Positions 1-8,846 of a stretch of 49,541 bases of DNA are shown piece by piece. Both the position numbers and the translations under genes were made by a program. The stretch covers positions 1 through 49,541 of the forward strand of contig QZIX01000014.1 in the NCBI GenBank assembly GCA_003599635.1, written 5' to 3'. Position 1 is the stretch's first letter; every line of letters begins with the position of its first letter. The notes beneath the pieces are model-generated. The model made no database searches, was not told the origin of the DNA, and saw only the letters and a list, made by a program, of their open reading frames with translations. Origin of the DNA: Candidatus Parcubacteria bacterium. Its GTDB lineage: Bacteria; Patescibacteriota; Patescibacteriia; Buchananbacterales; SURF-54.

Positions 1-2777
1 TTAAACTTCTTACCCGACCCGCAGGGACAAGGGTCGTTTCTGCCGACTTTCTGGCCATTATAATAAGTCTGCTGATTTTGTTTTAAATCCACCTGCCGTT
101 TGGCAACTTCCTTCTGCATCGCCTGCTGTTCATCAGGCCGCAAACCCGATGCCATGCCTTTTTCCATGGTTTTGGTCGGAGCCGAGAACTGCATTGACGA
201 TTTTTGGAACACGCCCGGCGCCAGTTGCCTGGCAATGCCTATTTTAAATATGGAGTAAACGACCTGTTTTTGTATCAGGTTCATAAGCTCGGTAAAAAGG
301 CGGAATGCTTCTTTTTTGTATTCAATTAAAGGGTCTCTCTGGCCGTAACCGCGCAAACCGATTCCCGTCCGTAAATTATCTATTGCATCCAAATGCCCCA
401 CCCAAAGATTGTCTATAGATCGCAAATACAGCTGCTTTTCAATCTTCCGCATCACGTTTGTCTTAATGTCGCTGTCAACTGACGACTGTTGGCTTTCGAC
501 TGATAAAATTTCTGACTCCAGCTTTTCATACTGCTGTTTTGCTATGCCTGCTAAATAGTTTATAATCTTAGTCCGGGCTTTAACAGCTTCGGGTTTGTTG
601 TCTTTATCCACCGTCTCATCTTTTATTTCCTCAAGTTTTATCCGCAGATTTTCACCGACCGGAAAAATCGAATGCATCACCTCATATATTTCTTTTAAAT
701 CCCACCGGCTTTCATCGCCTTCAGCCGTGTGAAATGAAACCACGGCTTCGATTTCCGCGTCTATCAATTTTAAAATTTCTTCTTTAACGTTTTCTTTGGA
801 CAAAATCTCTTTCCGTCTTTTATAAATAACCTGGCGGTGCTTGTTGACAACGTCATCGTATTCGACCAGATGTTTTCTGATGTCAAAATTATGGCCTTCA
901 ACTTTTTTTTGGGCGGCTTCAATTGACTTGGAAACCATGCGGTTTTCAATGGGCATATCTTCCGGCACCTTGAGCGTATCCATCATTTTTTTAATCCGCT
1001 CTGAACCGAAAATGCGCATCAATTCATCTTCCAAAGAAAGATAAAACCGTGACAATCCGGGATCGCCTTGCCTGCCCGACCGTCCGCGCAACTGATTGTC
1101 AATGCGCCGCGATTCATGGCGTTCGGTTCCCAAAACATACAAACCGCCTGCCTGCCGCACCCTATCCCCGCCCTCTTTTTCCGGCGGATTGCCGCCTAAA
1201 ATAATATCAACTCCCCTGCCTGCCATGTTCGTCGCCACGGTTACCGCACCCGGCCTGCCTGCCTGGGCAATTATCTGCGCTTCTTTTTCGTGGTGTTTGG
1301 CGTTTAAAACCTGATGTTCAATGCCCTGGCGGGAAAGCAATTCTGAAAGCATTTCATTTTTTTCTATGGCAATTGTGCCTATAAGTACCGGCTGTCCGGC
1401 TTTCTGCCTTTCCTTAACGTCTTTAATCAACGCCTGGTATTTTCCCATTTCGGTTTTGTAGATAAGGTCGTTTTTATCCTGACGGATCATTTCTTTATTT
1501 GTCGGCACCACTACAACTTCCAGATTATAAATTTTGGAAAACTCTTCCGCTTCGGTTGCGGCCGTGCCTGTCATGCCGGAAAGTTTTTTGTATAAACGGA
1601 AATAATTCTGAAAAGTTATTGTCGCGAGAGTCTTTGATTCCCGCTGTACAGTTACGCCTTCTTTGGCCTCAATTGCCTGATGGAGCCCCTCGGAATACCT
1701 TCTGCCGTGCATCAGCCGTCCCGTAAATTCATCTACAATAATCACTTCGCCGTCTTTGACCACATAATCTTTATCGCGCTTGAATAAAGCCTGGGCCTTC
1801 AGGGCTTCTTCGATATGATGAACCATTATAATTCCGCCTTCAGTGTAAATATTTTCCATACCAAGCCACTGTTCCATTTTACCGATGCCGTCTTCGGTCA
1901 AAGTGGCAGCACGCATTTTTTCATCGATATTGTAGTCATCATTAAGCTTCAAGCGATTCACCAACTGAGCAAATTTTGTGTACATATCGGTTGATTCGGT
2001 GTCAGGCGCGGAAATTATCAAAGGCGTTCTGGCCTCGTCAATTAAGATACTGTCAATTTCATCGATAATCGCGTAATTAAGTTCCCGCTGTACCATTTGG
2101 TCAAGCGATTGAACCATATTGTCCCTTAAATAATCAAAACCGTATTCGTTGTTCGTGCCGTAAGTAATGTCGGCAAGATAAGCTTCTTTTCTTTGCACCG
2201 GCCGCAAAAACTCATGGACGATTTTAAACGACCCCTTCGTATCACGTTCTTTATCCAGTTCAGTCTGCTGACTGCTGTATGAAGGATCGTAAAGAAACGA
2301 TGACTCATGCTGGATGCAGCCGACACTTAAACCCAAAGCATTATAAACCTGGCCCATCCAGACAGAATCCCTGGCAGCCAGATAATCGTTTACTGTAATA
2401 ACGTGAACGCCCCTTCCCTGCAAAGTATTAAGATAAACAGCTGTGGTTGAAGCCAGAGTCTTGCCTTCTCCGGTTCTCATTTCCGCAATCTGACCGCGGT
2501 GCAAGGCAATGCCGCCTATTAACTGCACGTCATAATGGCGCTGGCCTAAATTGCGTTTAGCCGCTTCTCTTACCGTGGCAAAAGCTTCGGGCAAGATGTC
2601 ATCAAGCTTTTTGCCGGCTTTTAGTTCTTCTTTGAATTTATTTGTTTGATTTTTCAGATCAGCATCCGAAAGAGATGAAACTGTCTTTTCTAAAGCGTTT
2701 ATCTGCTCTACGACTTGCTGCATTTCACGTATTACGCTTTTATTGGGATCGCCGAAGATTTTGGTTAATATGGACAT
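1..2777 (-). CDS. secA: Preprotein translocase ATPase SecA, 3' end truncated by the window edge
   Basis: Manual translation from ATG at 2777 gives MSILTKIFGDPNKSVIREMQ..., EMRTGEGKT (Walker A), IIDEIDSILIDEARTPLIIS, NMAGRGVDI, and ends in the SEC-C motif GRNDPCPCGSGKKF at the edge. Absent from the ORF track because no stop lies in the window. Confidence 0.98.
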   Translation of the reverse strand, partial: MSILTKIFGDPNKSVIREMQQVVEQINALEKTVSSLSDADLKNQTNKFKEELKAGKKLDDILPEAFATVREAAKRNLGQRHYDVQLIGGIALHRGQIAEMRTGEGKTLASTTAVYLNTLQGRGVHVITVNDYLAARDSVWMGQVYNALGLSVGCIQHESSFLYDPSYSSQQTELDKERDTKGSFKIVHEFLRPVQRKEAYLADITYGTNNEYGFDYLRDNMVQSLDQMVQRELNYAIIDEIDSILIDEARTPLIISAPDTESTDMYTKFAQLVNRLKLNDDYNIDEKMRAATLTEDGIGKMEQWLGMENIYTEGGIIMVHHIEEALKAQALFKRDKDYVVKDGEVIIVDEFTGRLMHGRRYSEGLHQAIEAKEGVTVQRESKTLATITFQNYFRLYKKLSGMTGTAATEAEEFSKIYNLEVVVVPTNKEMIRQDKNDLIYKTEMGKYQALIKDVKERQKAGQPVLIGTIAIEKNEMLSELLSRQGIEHQVLNAKHHEKEAQIIAQAGRPGAVTVATNMAGRGVDIILGGNPPEKEGGDRVRQAGGLYVLGTERHESRRIDNQLRGRSGRQGDPGLSRFYLSLEDELMRIFGSERIKKMMDTLKVPEDMPIENRMVSKSIEAAQKKVEGHNFDIRKHLVEYDDVVNKHRQVIYKRRKEILSKENVKEEILKLIDAEIEAVVSFHTAEGDESRWDLKEIYEVMHSIFPVGENLRIKLEEIKDETVDKDNKPEAVKARTKIINYLAGIAKQQYEKLESEILSVESQQSSVDSDIKTNVMRKIEKQLYLRSIDNLWVGHLDAIDNLRTGIGLRGYGQRDPLIEYKKEAFRLFTELMNLIQKQVVYSIFKIGIARQLAPGVFQKSSMQFSAPTKTMEKGMASGLRPDEQQAMQKEVAKRQVDLKQNQQTYYNGQKVGRNDPCPCGSGKKF

Positions 2778-2798
2778 GATTTTTAAGTTTTTATTTGT

Positions 2799-2854
2799 CA
2801 GTTATCAGTTAGCAGCCACTGGTAACTAGCTGCTAGACACTAGAAACTAAATTA
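2799..2854. repeat. Degenerate 7-nt periodic array in the secA leader
   Basis: cagttat cagttag cagccac tggtaac tagctgc tagacac tagaaac taaatta; internal inverted pair tagcagc (2810-2816) / gctgcta (2829-2835). Confidence 0.6.
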
Positions 2855-2868
2855 TAAATGCAGATTTT

Positions 2869-2897
2869 ATTATAATAAAAAACAAGCCTAAATGCAA
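2869..2897 (-). promoter_or_regulatory. Putative sigma70 promoter for secA
   Basis: Minus strand TTGCAT-N17-TATAAT, about 90 nt upstream of the secA ATG. Confidence 0.6.
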
Positions 2898-2995
2898 GGC
2901 TGGTTAATTTAAAATATTATCTTCTTTTTATTTTTTGAAGCAATGTATGGATTACGAATTACCAATCAACGTAAATATACTAATCGTGTATCTTT

Positions 2996-3234
2996 GTCAT
3001 CTCGACCGAAGTGGAGAGATCTAGTTCAAACAAAGCATTTTTTTGACGAGATATTCCATTCGCTTCGCTCCAACCCCGAAGTAACAACATTTCGTCATCC
3101 TGAACGAAGTGAAGGATCTTATAATAGTTAATGAATAGATTCTTCACTTAGCGAAAGCAGGCGGAGAAAAAGGAAGCGTGCCATCTAGAACGTCCGAAGC
3201 CTCACCCCAACCCTCTCCGATTTCGGAAAGGGAG
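2996..3234. repeat. Cluster of REP-like short palindromic element remnants
   Basis: gtcatctcgaccgaagtggagagatct (2996-3022) and cgtcatcctgaacgaagtgaaggatct (3093-3119) are related copies, each followed by a partial inverted mate (3048-3070, 3137-3148). A second family, cctcaccccaaccctctccgatttcggaaagggag, lies at 3200-3234. Confidence 0.65.
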
Positions 3235-3243
3235 CAGAAAAAA

Positions 3244-3657
3244 TTATTTCTTCTTCAAGATATTTTGCAGAAATTTTTTTTCCCCCGCCATTTTCAATCT
3301 CTTCTCGATCTCGCACATCTCCTGCTTGTTTCTTTCGTAAATAAATTCCGATTTTTTTAAATATACTACTTCGATTTTTTTCTTCAGGAGTTTTTTTAAA
3401 GCCGGAAAACTAATTAAAGGTGTGCGGATTTTTTTCGCCTTTAAATGAATCAATAATACCGCCGCCGGATTGCCGATGATTTTGTCGTAGACGACGTATT
3501 TCGCTAATGGCTTATTGCTTATGGCAAATCTGGATAAAGTCTTTATCCCTGCGGCGCGGCTTCGCAGCTCTATTTTTCCATTCCTAACCAGCCAAAAAGT
3601 GTCAGTGCTTTGCCGGAATTTTTGTAGTAACGCCCGACAATCACTTTTGGCTGTCAT
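3244..3657 (-). CDS. DUF1893 (TM1506-like) protein
   Basis: Motif YVVYDKIIGNPAAVLL preceded by GIKTL, C-terminal MCEIE, 137 aa; matches the family pattern as recalled. Confidence 0.75.
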   Translation of the reverse strand: MTAKSDCRALLQKFRQSTDTFWLVRNGKIELRSRAAGIKTLSRFAISNKPLAKYVVYDKIIGNPAAVLLIHLKAKKIRTPLISFPALKKLLKKKIEVVYLKKSEFIYERNKQEMCEIEKRLKMAGEKKFLQNILKKK

Positions 3658-4519
3658 TGGCGTTTACTATAAGATGATATGCCAGTTTTGCCGCCGTGAA
3701 TTCAGATTGAACTGAACCAGGGATCGGACAAAGTTCAACGACATCACAGCCGATTATTCTTTTTTTCTTTGAAACGGCTTTAATAATATCTATAACTTGC
3801 TGCCACAGCAGACCGCCCGGTTCCGGAGTTCCTACGGCAGGTAGAATTGACGGATCAAACGCGTCTAAATCAAAACTTATATAAACTTTCTCAGTCAGAG
3901 AATCTAATACTTCATTGGCGGATGGCACTTCCGGCATAAGGTAGGATTTGATTTTTTTTCTTTTCACAAATTCCTTAACCTCTGAATTTAAGTTGCGGAT
4001 GCCTATTTGTACAAAAGGTATTTTTAAATCATAAACCCTGCGCATAACGCTGCCGTGACTGTATTTCGTATTTTCAAGCTCGTCAATCAGGTCAGTGTGG
4101 GCATCAAAATGCAAAATAGAAAAATTTTTATGCTTTTTCCTTAAAGCTCTGACTACCCCCAGGGTAATGGAATGTTCACCCCCTAAAACAAGAGGTATTT
4201 TATTATATTTTATAATTTCGTTGTAAACAGCCTCTTCAATGCTTTCAATTGCCTCTCTGGCTGAATTTTTGTTAATTTCTATTTCATCCAGAGTAAAAAT
4301 TTCAGTGTCTTTTATTCCAAGCAGATTTCCTTTACCTTTCGGATCAAAAAGTTCATCCAGAAATCTTGAGGCATAAATAATAGATTTAGGACCCATTTTG
4401 CTTCCGGAAATAAATGACGCAGTGCTGTCATAAGGTACCGGTAAAACAACAACTCTGGCCTTTTTAAAATCTTGCTTCTCTATGCCCCCGAAATTGTAAG
4501 GTATGAAATGGTATTTCAT
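3641..4519 (-). CDS. speB: Agmatinase (ureohydrolase family)
   Basis: PYDSTASF..GSKMGP, GGEHSIT, DAHTD, SFDLDAFDPS..PAVGTPEPGG metal-binding motifs. Confidence 0.9.
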   Translation of the reverse strand: MKYHFIPYNFGGIEKQDFKKARVVVLPVPYDSTASFISGSKMGPKSIIYASRFLDELFDPKGKGNLLGIKDTEIFTLDEIEINKNSAREAIESIEEAVYNEIIKYNKIPLVLGGEHSITLGVVRALRKKHKNFSILHFDAHTDLIDELENTKYSHGSVMRRVYDLKIPFVQIGIRNLNSEVKEFVKRKKIKSYLMPEVPSANEVLDSLTEKVYISFDLDAFDPSILPAVGTPEPGGLLWQQVIDIIKAVSKKKRIIGCDVVELCPIPGSVQSEFTAAKLAYHLIVNANDSQK

Positions 4520-5598
4520 AATTTAATATTATTTTTTTCCATCCGTTCAAACAGGGCTTTCATTAAAACCGGAAAACCGATTGTGGCGTCGGCAAAAACT
4601 TCAGCCATTTTTCCTCCCTGCGACCTGGGAACGAATTTGCCCCAGGAAACGCCTTCGGAATAGGTGCAGCCCGAAAGACCGCCCCAGTGAACCGGTTCAG
4701 GACAGATGCGAACGCCGTACCAGAACGGTTTGTAATATTCGTCTTTCGCGTCCATGGCTTCATACTTTTTTTCATCGCCGCCGGCCAGAATCCTGTATTT
4801 GTAAATATCCAGAAACGGCGCTACCTGCTGCGCCCAGTTTCTCGGAACTCCCCCGCCTAAAGTAAGAATGCCGGTTTTTTCGGCTTTGGTTACCATATCC
4901 GAATATTTTTCCAGATCCAAAAAAGGATTAAACTGCAATTCCCGTCTCCCCGCCATTTTTTGTTTTCTGTTATACAAAGCGAAATCCAGCCCCATTTCGC
5001 AATCGGTAAAAGCCGGAATAAATATGGGGACATTGTTTTTGTAAGCAGCTGAAAAAATGCTTTTGCCTTTCACGTTTTCGTAAAGATATTTTCCAAGTTC
5101 TCTTACCAGCACATGGCTGCACAAGGTTTTTTCGGTATCCTGCGCTTCTAACACTTTGGTTACGATTTTATCGGCCTCGTCGAAATTGCTTTCGCTTTCC
5201 AAAGTATCGTAAACCCTGTCAAGACGCAGTTCCCGCAGTTTTTCATCAGAAATATTTCCGGGATTTTTAAAATGTGTCAGGCCGGCGCTTTCAATAAAAC
5301 CGTGAGAAATAATGGCGCCGGTTGAAACCACGGCATCAATTATTCGTTTTTCTATCATTTGCGTAATAATAAGACCCATTTTTGCCATAGTCATGGCGCC
5401 GGAAAGCGTTAAAACTTTCAGACAATTTTTGTCATTTACCATGTCCCATAAAACTTCCAAAGCTTCTCCCAACGCCCTGCCGGAAAAAGCGGTTTTGCCC
5501 ATGGCGGTTACAAGTTCGTCTGTGTCTTCTGCCTTTTCAATATCGATAGATTTCATCGGCTCAAGTTTTTTATAGATTTTTTGGTGTTCTTCTTTCAT
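4516..5598 (-). CDS. Deoxyhypusine synthase-like protein (possible homospermidine synthase)
   Basis: LTLSGAMTMA, VSTGAIISHG, IPAFTDCEMG, LGGGVPRNW, GGLSGCTYSEGVSWGK with the SWGK lysine retained. Start moved to ATG 5598 (MKEEH), 4 nt after the upstream stop. Confidence 0.9.
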   Translation of the reverse strand: MKEEHQKIYKKLEPMKSIDIEKAEDTDELVTAMGKTAFSGRALGEALEVLWDMVNDKNCLKVLTLSGAMTMAKMGLIITQMIEKRIIDAVVSTGAIISHGFIESAGLTHFKNPGNISDEKLRELRLDRVYDTLESESNFDEADKIVTKVLEAQDTEKTLCSHVLVRELGKYLYENVKGKSIFSAAYKNNVPIFIPAFTDCEMGLDFALYNRKQKMAGRRELQFNPFLDLEKYSDMVTKAEKTGILTLGGGVPRNWAQQVAPFLDIYKYRILAGGDEKKYEAMDAKDEYYKPFWYGVRICPEPVHWGGLSGCTYSEGVSWGKFVPRSQGGKMAEVFADATIGFPVLMKALFERMEKNNIKL

Positions 5599-5602
5599 CG
5601 GT

Positions 5603-6136
5603 TTAATTAAATATCTTACCGGCAAATCTGGCCAATACCGGAACCGATACAAGCTGTAAAATAATTCCCGGCCAGCCGAAAATTACCGCTTCCTTAACAT
5701 AGATCCAGCCGTTAAAGCCTGTCAGGCCATCAATTAAGGGTATAAGAAAAATCCTGCCTGAAATGGCTGTCACTAGCAGGGCAACAACGACTGAAAGACG
5801 GAATTTTTCCCTCAGTATTCCCGCCAAAAGACCGTAAATTAAGGATTCAAGAGTTATTACAGGCAAAACTGCCCAAACCGGCATACCCGAGACGAAGTAG
5901 CTTATCAGGGGCGTCATTAAGCCGACTATCATTCCCGTCTGATAGCCGAAAGTTAAAGCCGCCACTAAAATAAAAATCTGCATCGGTAAAAAAATCCTGC
6001 CGGCGGCTCCGAACTGATGGAAAACATAGGGCAGAAAAACCGATAAAATCGTAAAAAGGCAGACCGCTAACGCCTTTTTTCTGATTGATATTTTATTTTG
6101 CGCATAACCCGTAAAAAAACTTGAACTTAAAATCAT
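5603..6136 (-). CDS. ECF transporter S-component (substrate unknown)
   Basis: About 177 aa, 5-6 hydrophobic helices, FLPMQIFILVAALTFG..G..VG..TP..S...SGMP pattern. Confidence 0.75.
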   Translation of the reverse strand: MILSSSFFTGYAQNKISIRKKALAVCLFTILSVFLPYVFHQFGAAGRIFLPMQIFILVAALTFGYQTGMIVGLMTPLISYFVSGMPVWAVLPVITLESLIYGLLAGILREKFRLSVVVALLVTAISGRIFLIPLIDGLTGFNGWIYVKEAVIFGWPGIILQLVSVPVLARFAGKIFN

Positions 6137-6141
6137 AAATA

Positions 6142-6447
6142 TTATTTATTTAATTGTTTTGACTTGTATTTTACCAATTCGATTTTAAGGTGATCCTTCA
6201 CTTTGTCAATGGCCTTAAAAATATCTTCTTCGGTTTTTTCCACCCGTAAAAGCTTGCCCGGCACATCCAGATTAACCTCTGCCCGGTAAAGCTGACCCTT
6301 TTGATGATGGGCCGTGGTATATTCAACCTCGACGTCTGCCCGGAGAATATTTCCGTAGTACTTAAGCAATAAAAGCATCTTTTTTTCTATATAATCCTTA
6401 AGCTCCGGCGTCAGATCCATTTTTGTTCCCTTTATTTTTATTTGCAT
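6142..6447 (-). CDS. hpf: Ribosome hibernation factor HPF/RaiA (short form)
   Basis: MQIKIKGTKMDLTPELKDYIEKK...AEVNLDVPGK.LR.E....DIFKAID; start moved to ATG 6447. Confidence 0.92.
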   Translation of the reverse strand: MQIKIKGTKMDLTPELKDYIEKKMLLLLKYYGNILRADVEVEYTTAHHQKGQLYRAEVNLDVPGKLLRVEKTEEDIFKAIDKVKDHLKIELVKYKSKQLNK

Positions 6448-6451
6448 ATAT

Positions 6452-7420
6452 TTAAAAACCCAGCTTTTGTATTTCTTCTTCAAGCTGAAGACCCAGTTTG
6501 TTTCTGACTTTCTCCTTTATGATACTGACAAGCATTATAACATCAGAACTGGTTGCTTTGCCAGTGTTGATAATAAAATTACAGTGCTTTTCCGATACCT
6601 GGGCACCGCCTATATTTTTTCCTTTAAAACCAAGCGCATCAATTACGTATCCCACCGGTAATTTCCCGAATTTAGTCAGTTCCTCGAATTCGCCGCGGCT
6701 TAAATCCAGCCCTTTTAGGACTTTTTCTTTGTCAATACCGGCTAAAAGAACATTTTTAAAAATACATCCGGCGGACGGCTCTGCTGGCAGATTTTTGCAG
6801 CGAATCATGGTGGTATCATAAACAATTTTTTGCATTTCCTCTTTAGCGCCAGGTTTTAATTTTAAAACTGCCGAAAGAATTATTGCCCCGTTTTTTTTAA
6901 AGACGCTGTCGCGATAACTGAAACGGCAGTCAGCGGCTTTTAATCTTTCTATTTTCCCGTTTATCAGACATTCAACTTCACTGACCGCTGAACCCACGCT
7001 TTTACCGAAAGCCCCTGAATTTCCGAATATGGCCCCGCCGACAGTACCGTAAATGCCGACAAGTTTTTCCAAACCCCCAAGCCCGGACCTTGCCGTTTCG
7101 TTAACCAGTCGGCAAAAATTATAGCCGGCGTCGACAATAACATTATCGGCTTTAATTTCCATTTTTTTTGAGCCGACTTTTATTATCAGCCCGTTGTAAC
7201 CCTGGTCGGATACCAAAAGATTGCTGCCGCCGCCCAAAATAAAATAATCTAATTCCAGATCCTTCGCCGTCTTTATAAATTTAATCAGCTCGTCATTACT
7301 TTCGGCGGTAACAAAAAATTTGGCCGGACCGCCGATTTTAAAAGTCGTCTGTTCCGAAAGCATCACATTTTCCAGCAGCTTATCGCCGAATTTTTCCTTT
7401 AAAACGATTTTTTTTGCCAT
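6452..7420 (-). CDS. murB: UDP-N-acetylenolpyruvoylglucosamine reductase
   Basis: TTFKIGGPA, LGGGSNLLVSD, GIYGTVGGA, PSAGCIFKN, VSEKHCNFIIN, LEEEI. Confidence 0.96.
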   Translation of the reverse strand: MAKKIVLKEKFGDKLLENVMLSEQTTFKIGGPAKFFVTAESNDELIKFIKTAKDLELDYFILGGGSNLLVSDQGYNGLIIKVGSKKMEIKADNVIVDAGYNFCRLVNETARSGLGGLEKLVGIYGTVGGAIFGNSGAFGKSVGSAVSEVECLINGKIERLKAADCRFSYRDSVFKKNGAIILSAVLKLKPGAKEEMQKIVYDTTMIRCKNLPAEPSAGCIFKNVLLAGIDKEKVLKGLDLSRGEFEELTKFGKLPVGYVIDALGFKGKNIGGAQVSEKHCNFIINTGKATSSDVIMLVSIIKEKVRNKLGLQLEEEIQKLGF

Positions 7421-7439
7421 CCAATTTCGTTAATTACGT

Positions 7440-7474
7440 TTGTAAATTGTAAATTGTTAATAGTCAATTGTCAA
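7440..7474. repeat. 7-nt tandem repeat at the murC/murB junction
   Basis: ttgtaaa ttgtaaa ttgttaa tagtcaa ttgtcaa; overlaps the murC stop codon. Confidence 0.6.
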
Positions 7475-8846
7475 TAAGCTTGTAGACGTCTCCCGCTCCC
7501 ATAACCACCACGACATCATTTTTTTTCACATTTTTATCAAGAAATTTTTTTGTTGATTTTAAACTTCCTGTATAACGCGCATCCGGATGGCTTGTCCCGG
7601 TTTTTTTGCATAAAATTTCCGAGCTGCAGCTTTTTTTCTTTTCACGGGCCGAGGCGAAAATGTCGGTAAAAACAATCTGATCGCATTTGCCGAAGCAGCC
7701 GGAAAAATTTTCTAAAAGCGCCCTGGTCCTGGAATAGGTATGCGGCTGAAAAACGCAACGGACATATTTTTTTGGAAATTTCTGCCTCACCGCCTCAAGT
7801 GTCGTTGAAATTTCCGTCGGATGGTGGCCGTAATCGTCTATATAAGTGACGTTTTTTATCCTGCTGATATTAAATCTTCTTTTTGTTCCCTTAAAATTAA
7901 ACAATGCCTGTCTTATCTTTTCCTTTGAAACACCTTCACCAGAGGCAACAGCAGCACAGACGCAAGCATTCAAGACATTGTGGCTGCCTAAAAGCCTGAT
8001 TTTGAATTCACCGAAAAATTTTTCCCTTTTTTTTATCTTAAACAAAGTATACCCGGGAAAAAATCGCACATCATAAGGTTGCCACAAAGCTTTGCTGTTA
8101 AAGCCATAAGTGATTATATTTTTTTTACCTGAAATTATTTTGTTTATTGCCGGCCAGTCGCTGCAGACAAAAATTTTGCCCTTATTACTTATAGTTTTGT
8201 CAATCAAATCCGTAAAAACTTTTTGCATCTGTACCAAGTTTTTATAAATATCGACATGTTCCCATTCCAGGCTGGTAATAACCGTGATTTTGGGCCGCAG
8301 ATCAAGAAACTTCGGCCGGCTATTGCTTATACTTTTGGCATATTCATCGCCTTCGACAATAAAATGCCTGCCGCTGCCCCAATGTCCGTTTCCTTTCAGT
8401 CCGTAAGCTTTCGAGCTGCCGAAAAGATAAGCCGGATCTTTTTTATCCCGGCTGAAAATATATGACAGCCAGGCGGTTGTTGTGGTTTTGCCGTGCACCC
8501 CGGTTACGGCAATGGTTTTTTTCTGTCTGCTTATCCAGCCGCGCACATCGGATTCGGAAAATGACGGGATTTTATTTCTGACAGCATAGGCAAGCTCGCT
8601 GTTTTTCACCCATGATGCCCCGAAAACAACAGCGTCAGGTTTGAAAATTTTTAAATTTTCTGCGTCGAATTTTTTAAAAATTCTTATTTTGTTTTCCAGC
8701 AACACCTTGTCAGTCAGGAATTTATCGGGCACGTCAGAGCCGGAAACTTCAAAGCCAAGCTGTTTTAAAATCAAAGCAAGCCCCGACACAGCAACTCCTT
8801 TTATGCCGATAAAATAAATTTTTTTAAACTTTTTAAAACCGGTCAT
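7464..8846 (-). CDS. murC: UDP-N-acetylmuramate--L-alanine ligase
   Basis: GIKGVAVSGLA, VTGVHGKTTTT, EGDEY, EWEHVD, G.KRRF, DDYGHHPTEI, FQPHTYSRT, VMGAGDV. Confidence 0.95.
   Translation of the reverse strand: MTGFKKFKKIYFIGIKGVAVSGLALILKQLGFEVSGSDVPDKFLTDKVLLENKIRIFKKFDAENLKIFKPDAVVFGASWVKNSELAYAVRNKIPSFSESDVRGWISRQKKTIAVTGVHGKTTTTAWLSYIFSRDKKDPAYLFGSSKAYGLKGNGHWGSGRHFIVEGDEYAKSISNSRPKFLDLRPKITVITSLEWEHVDIYKNLVQMQKVFTDLIDKTISNKGKIFVCSDWPAINKIISGKKNIITYGFNSKALWQPYDVRFFPGYTLFKIKKREKFFGEFKIRLLGSHNVLNACVCAAVASGEGVSKEKIRQALFNFKGTKRRFNISRIKNVTYIDDYGHHPTEISTTLEAVRQKFPKKYVRCVFQPHTYSRTRALLENFSGCFGKCDQIVFTDIFASAREKKKSCSSEILCKKTGTSHPDARYTGSLKSTKKFLDKNVKKNDVVVVMGAGDVYKLIDN

Noticed and set aside
841-2326. 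Short track ORFs in this interval
   Set aside because: They are antisense or off-frame shadows of secA; the same holds for most short ORFs overlapping long genes across the window.
2943-3360. ORFs 2943..3131 and 3178..3360 as proteins
   Set aside because: They are translations of the palindromic repeats or antisense to the DUF1893 gene.
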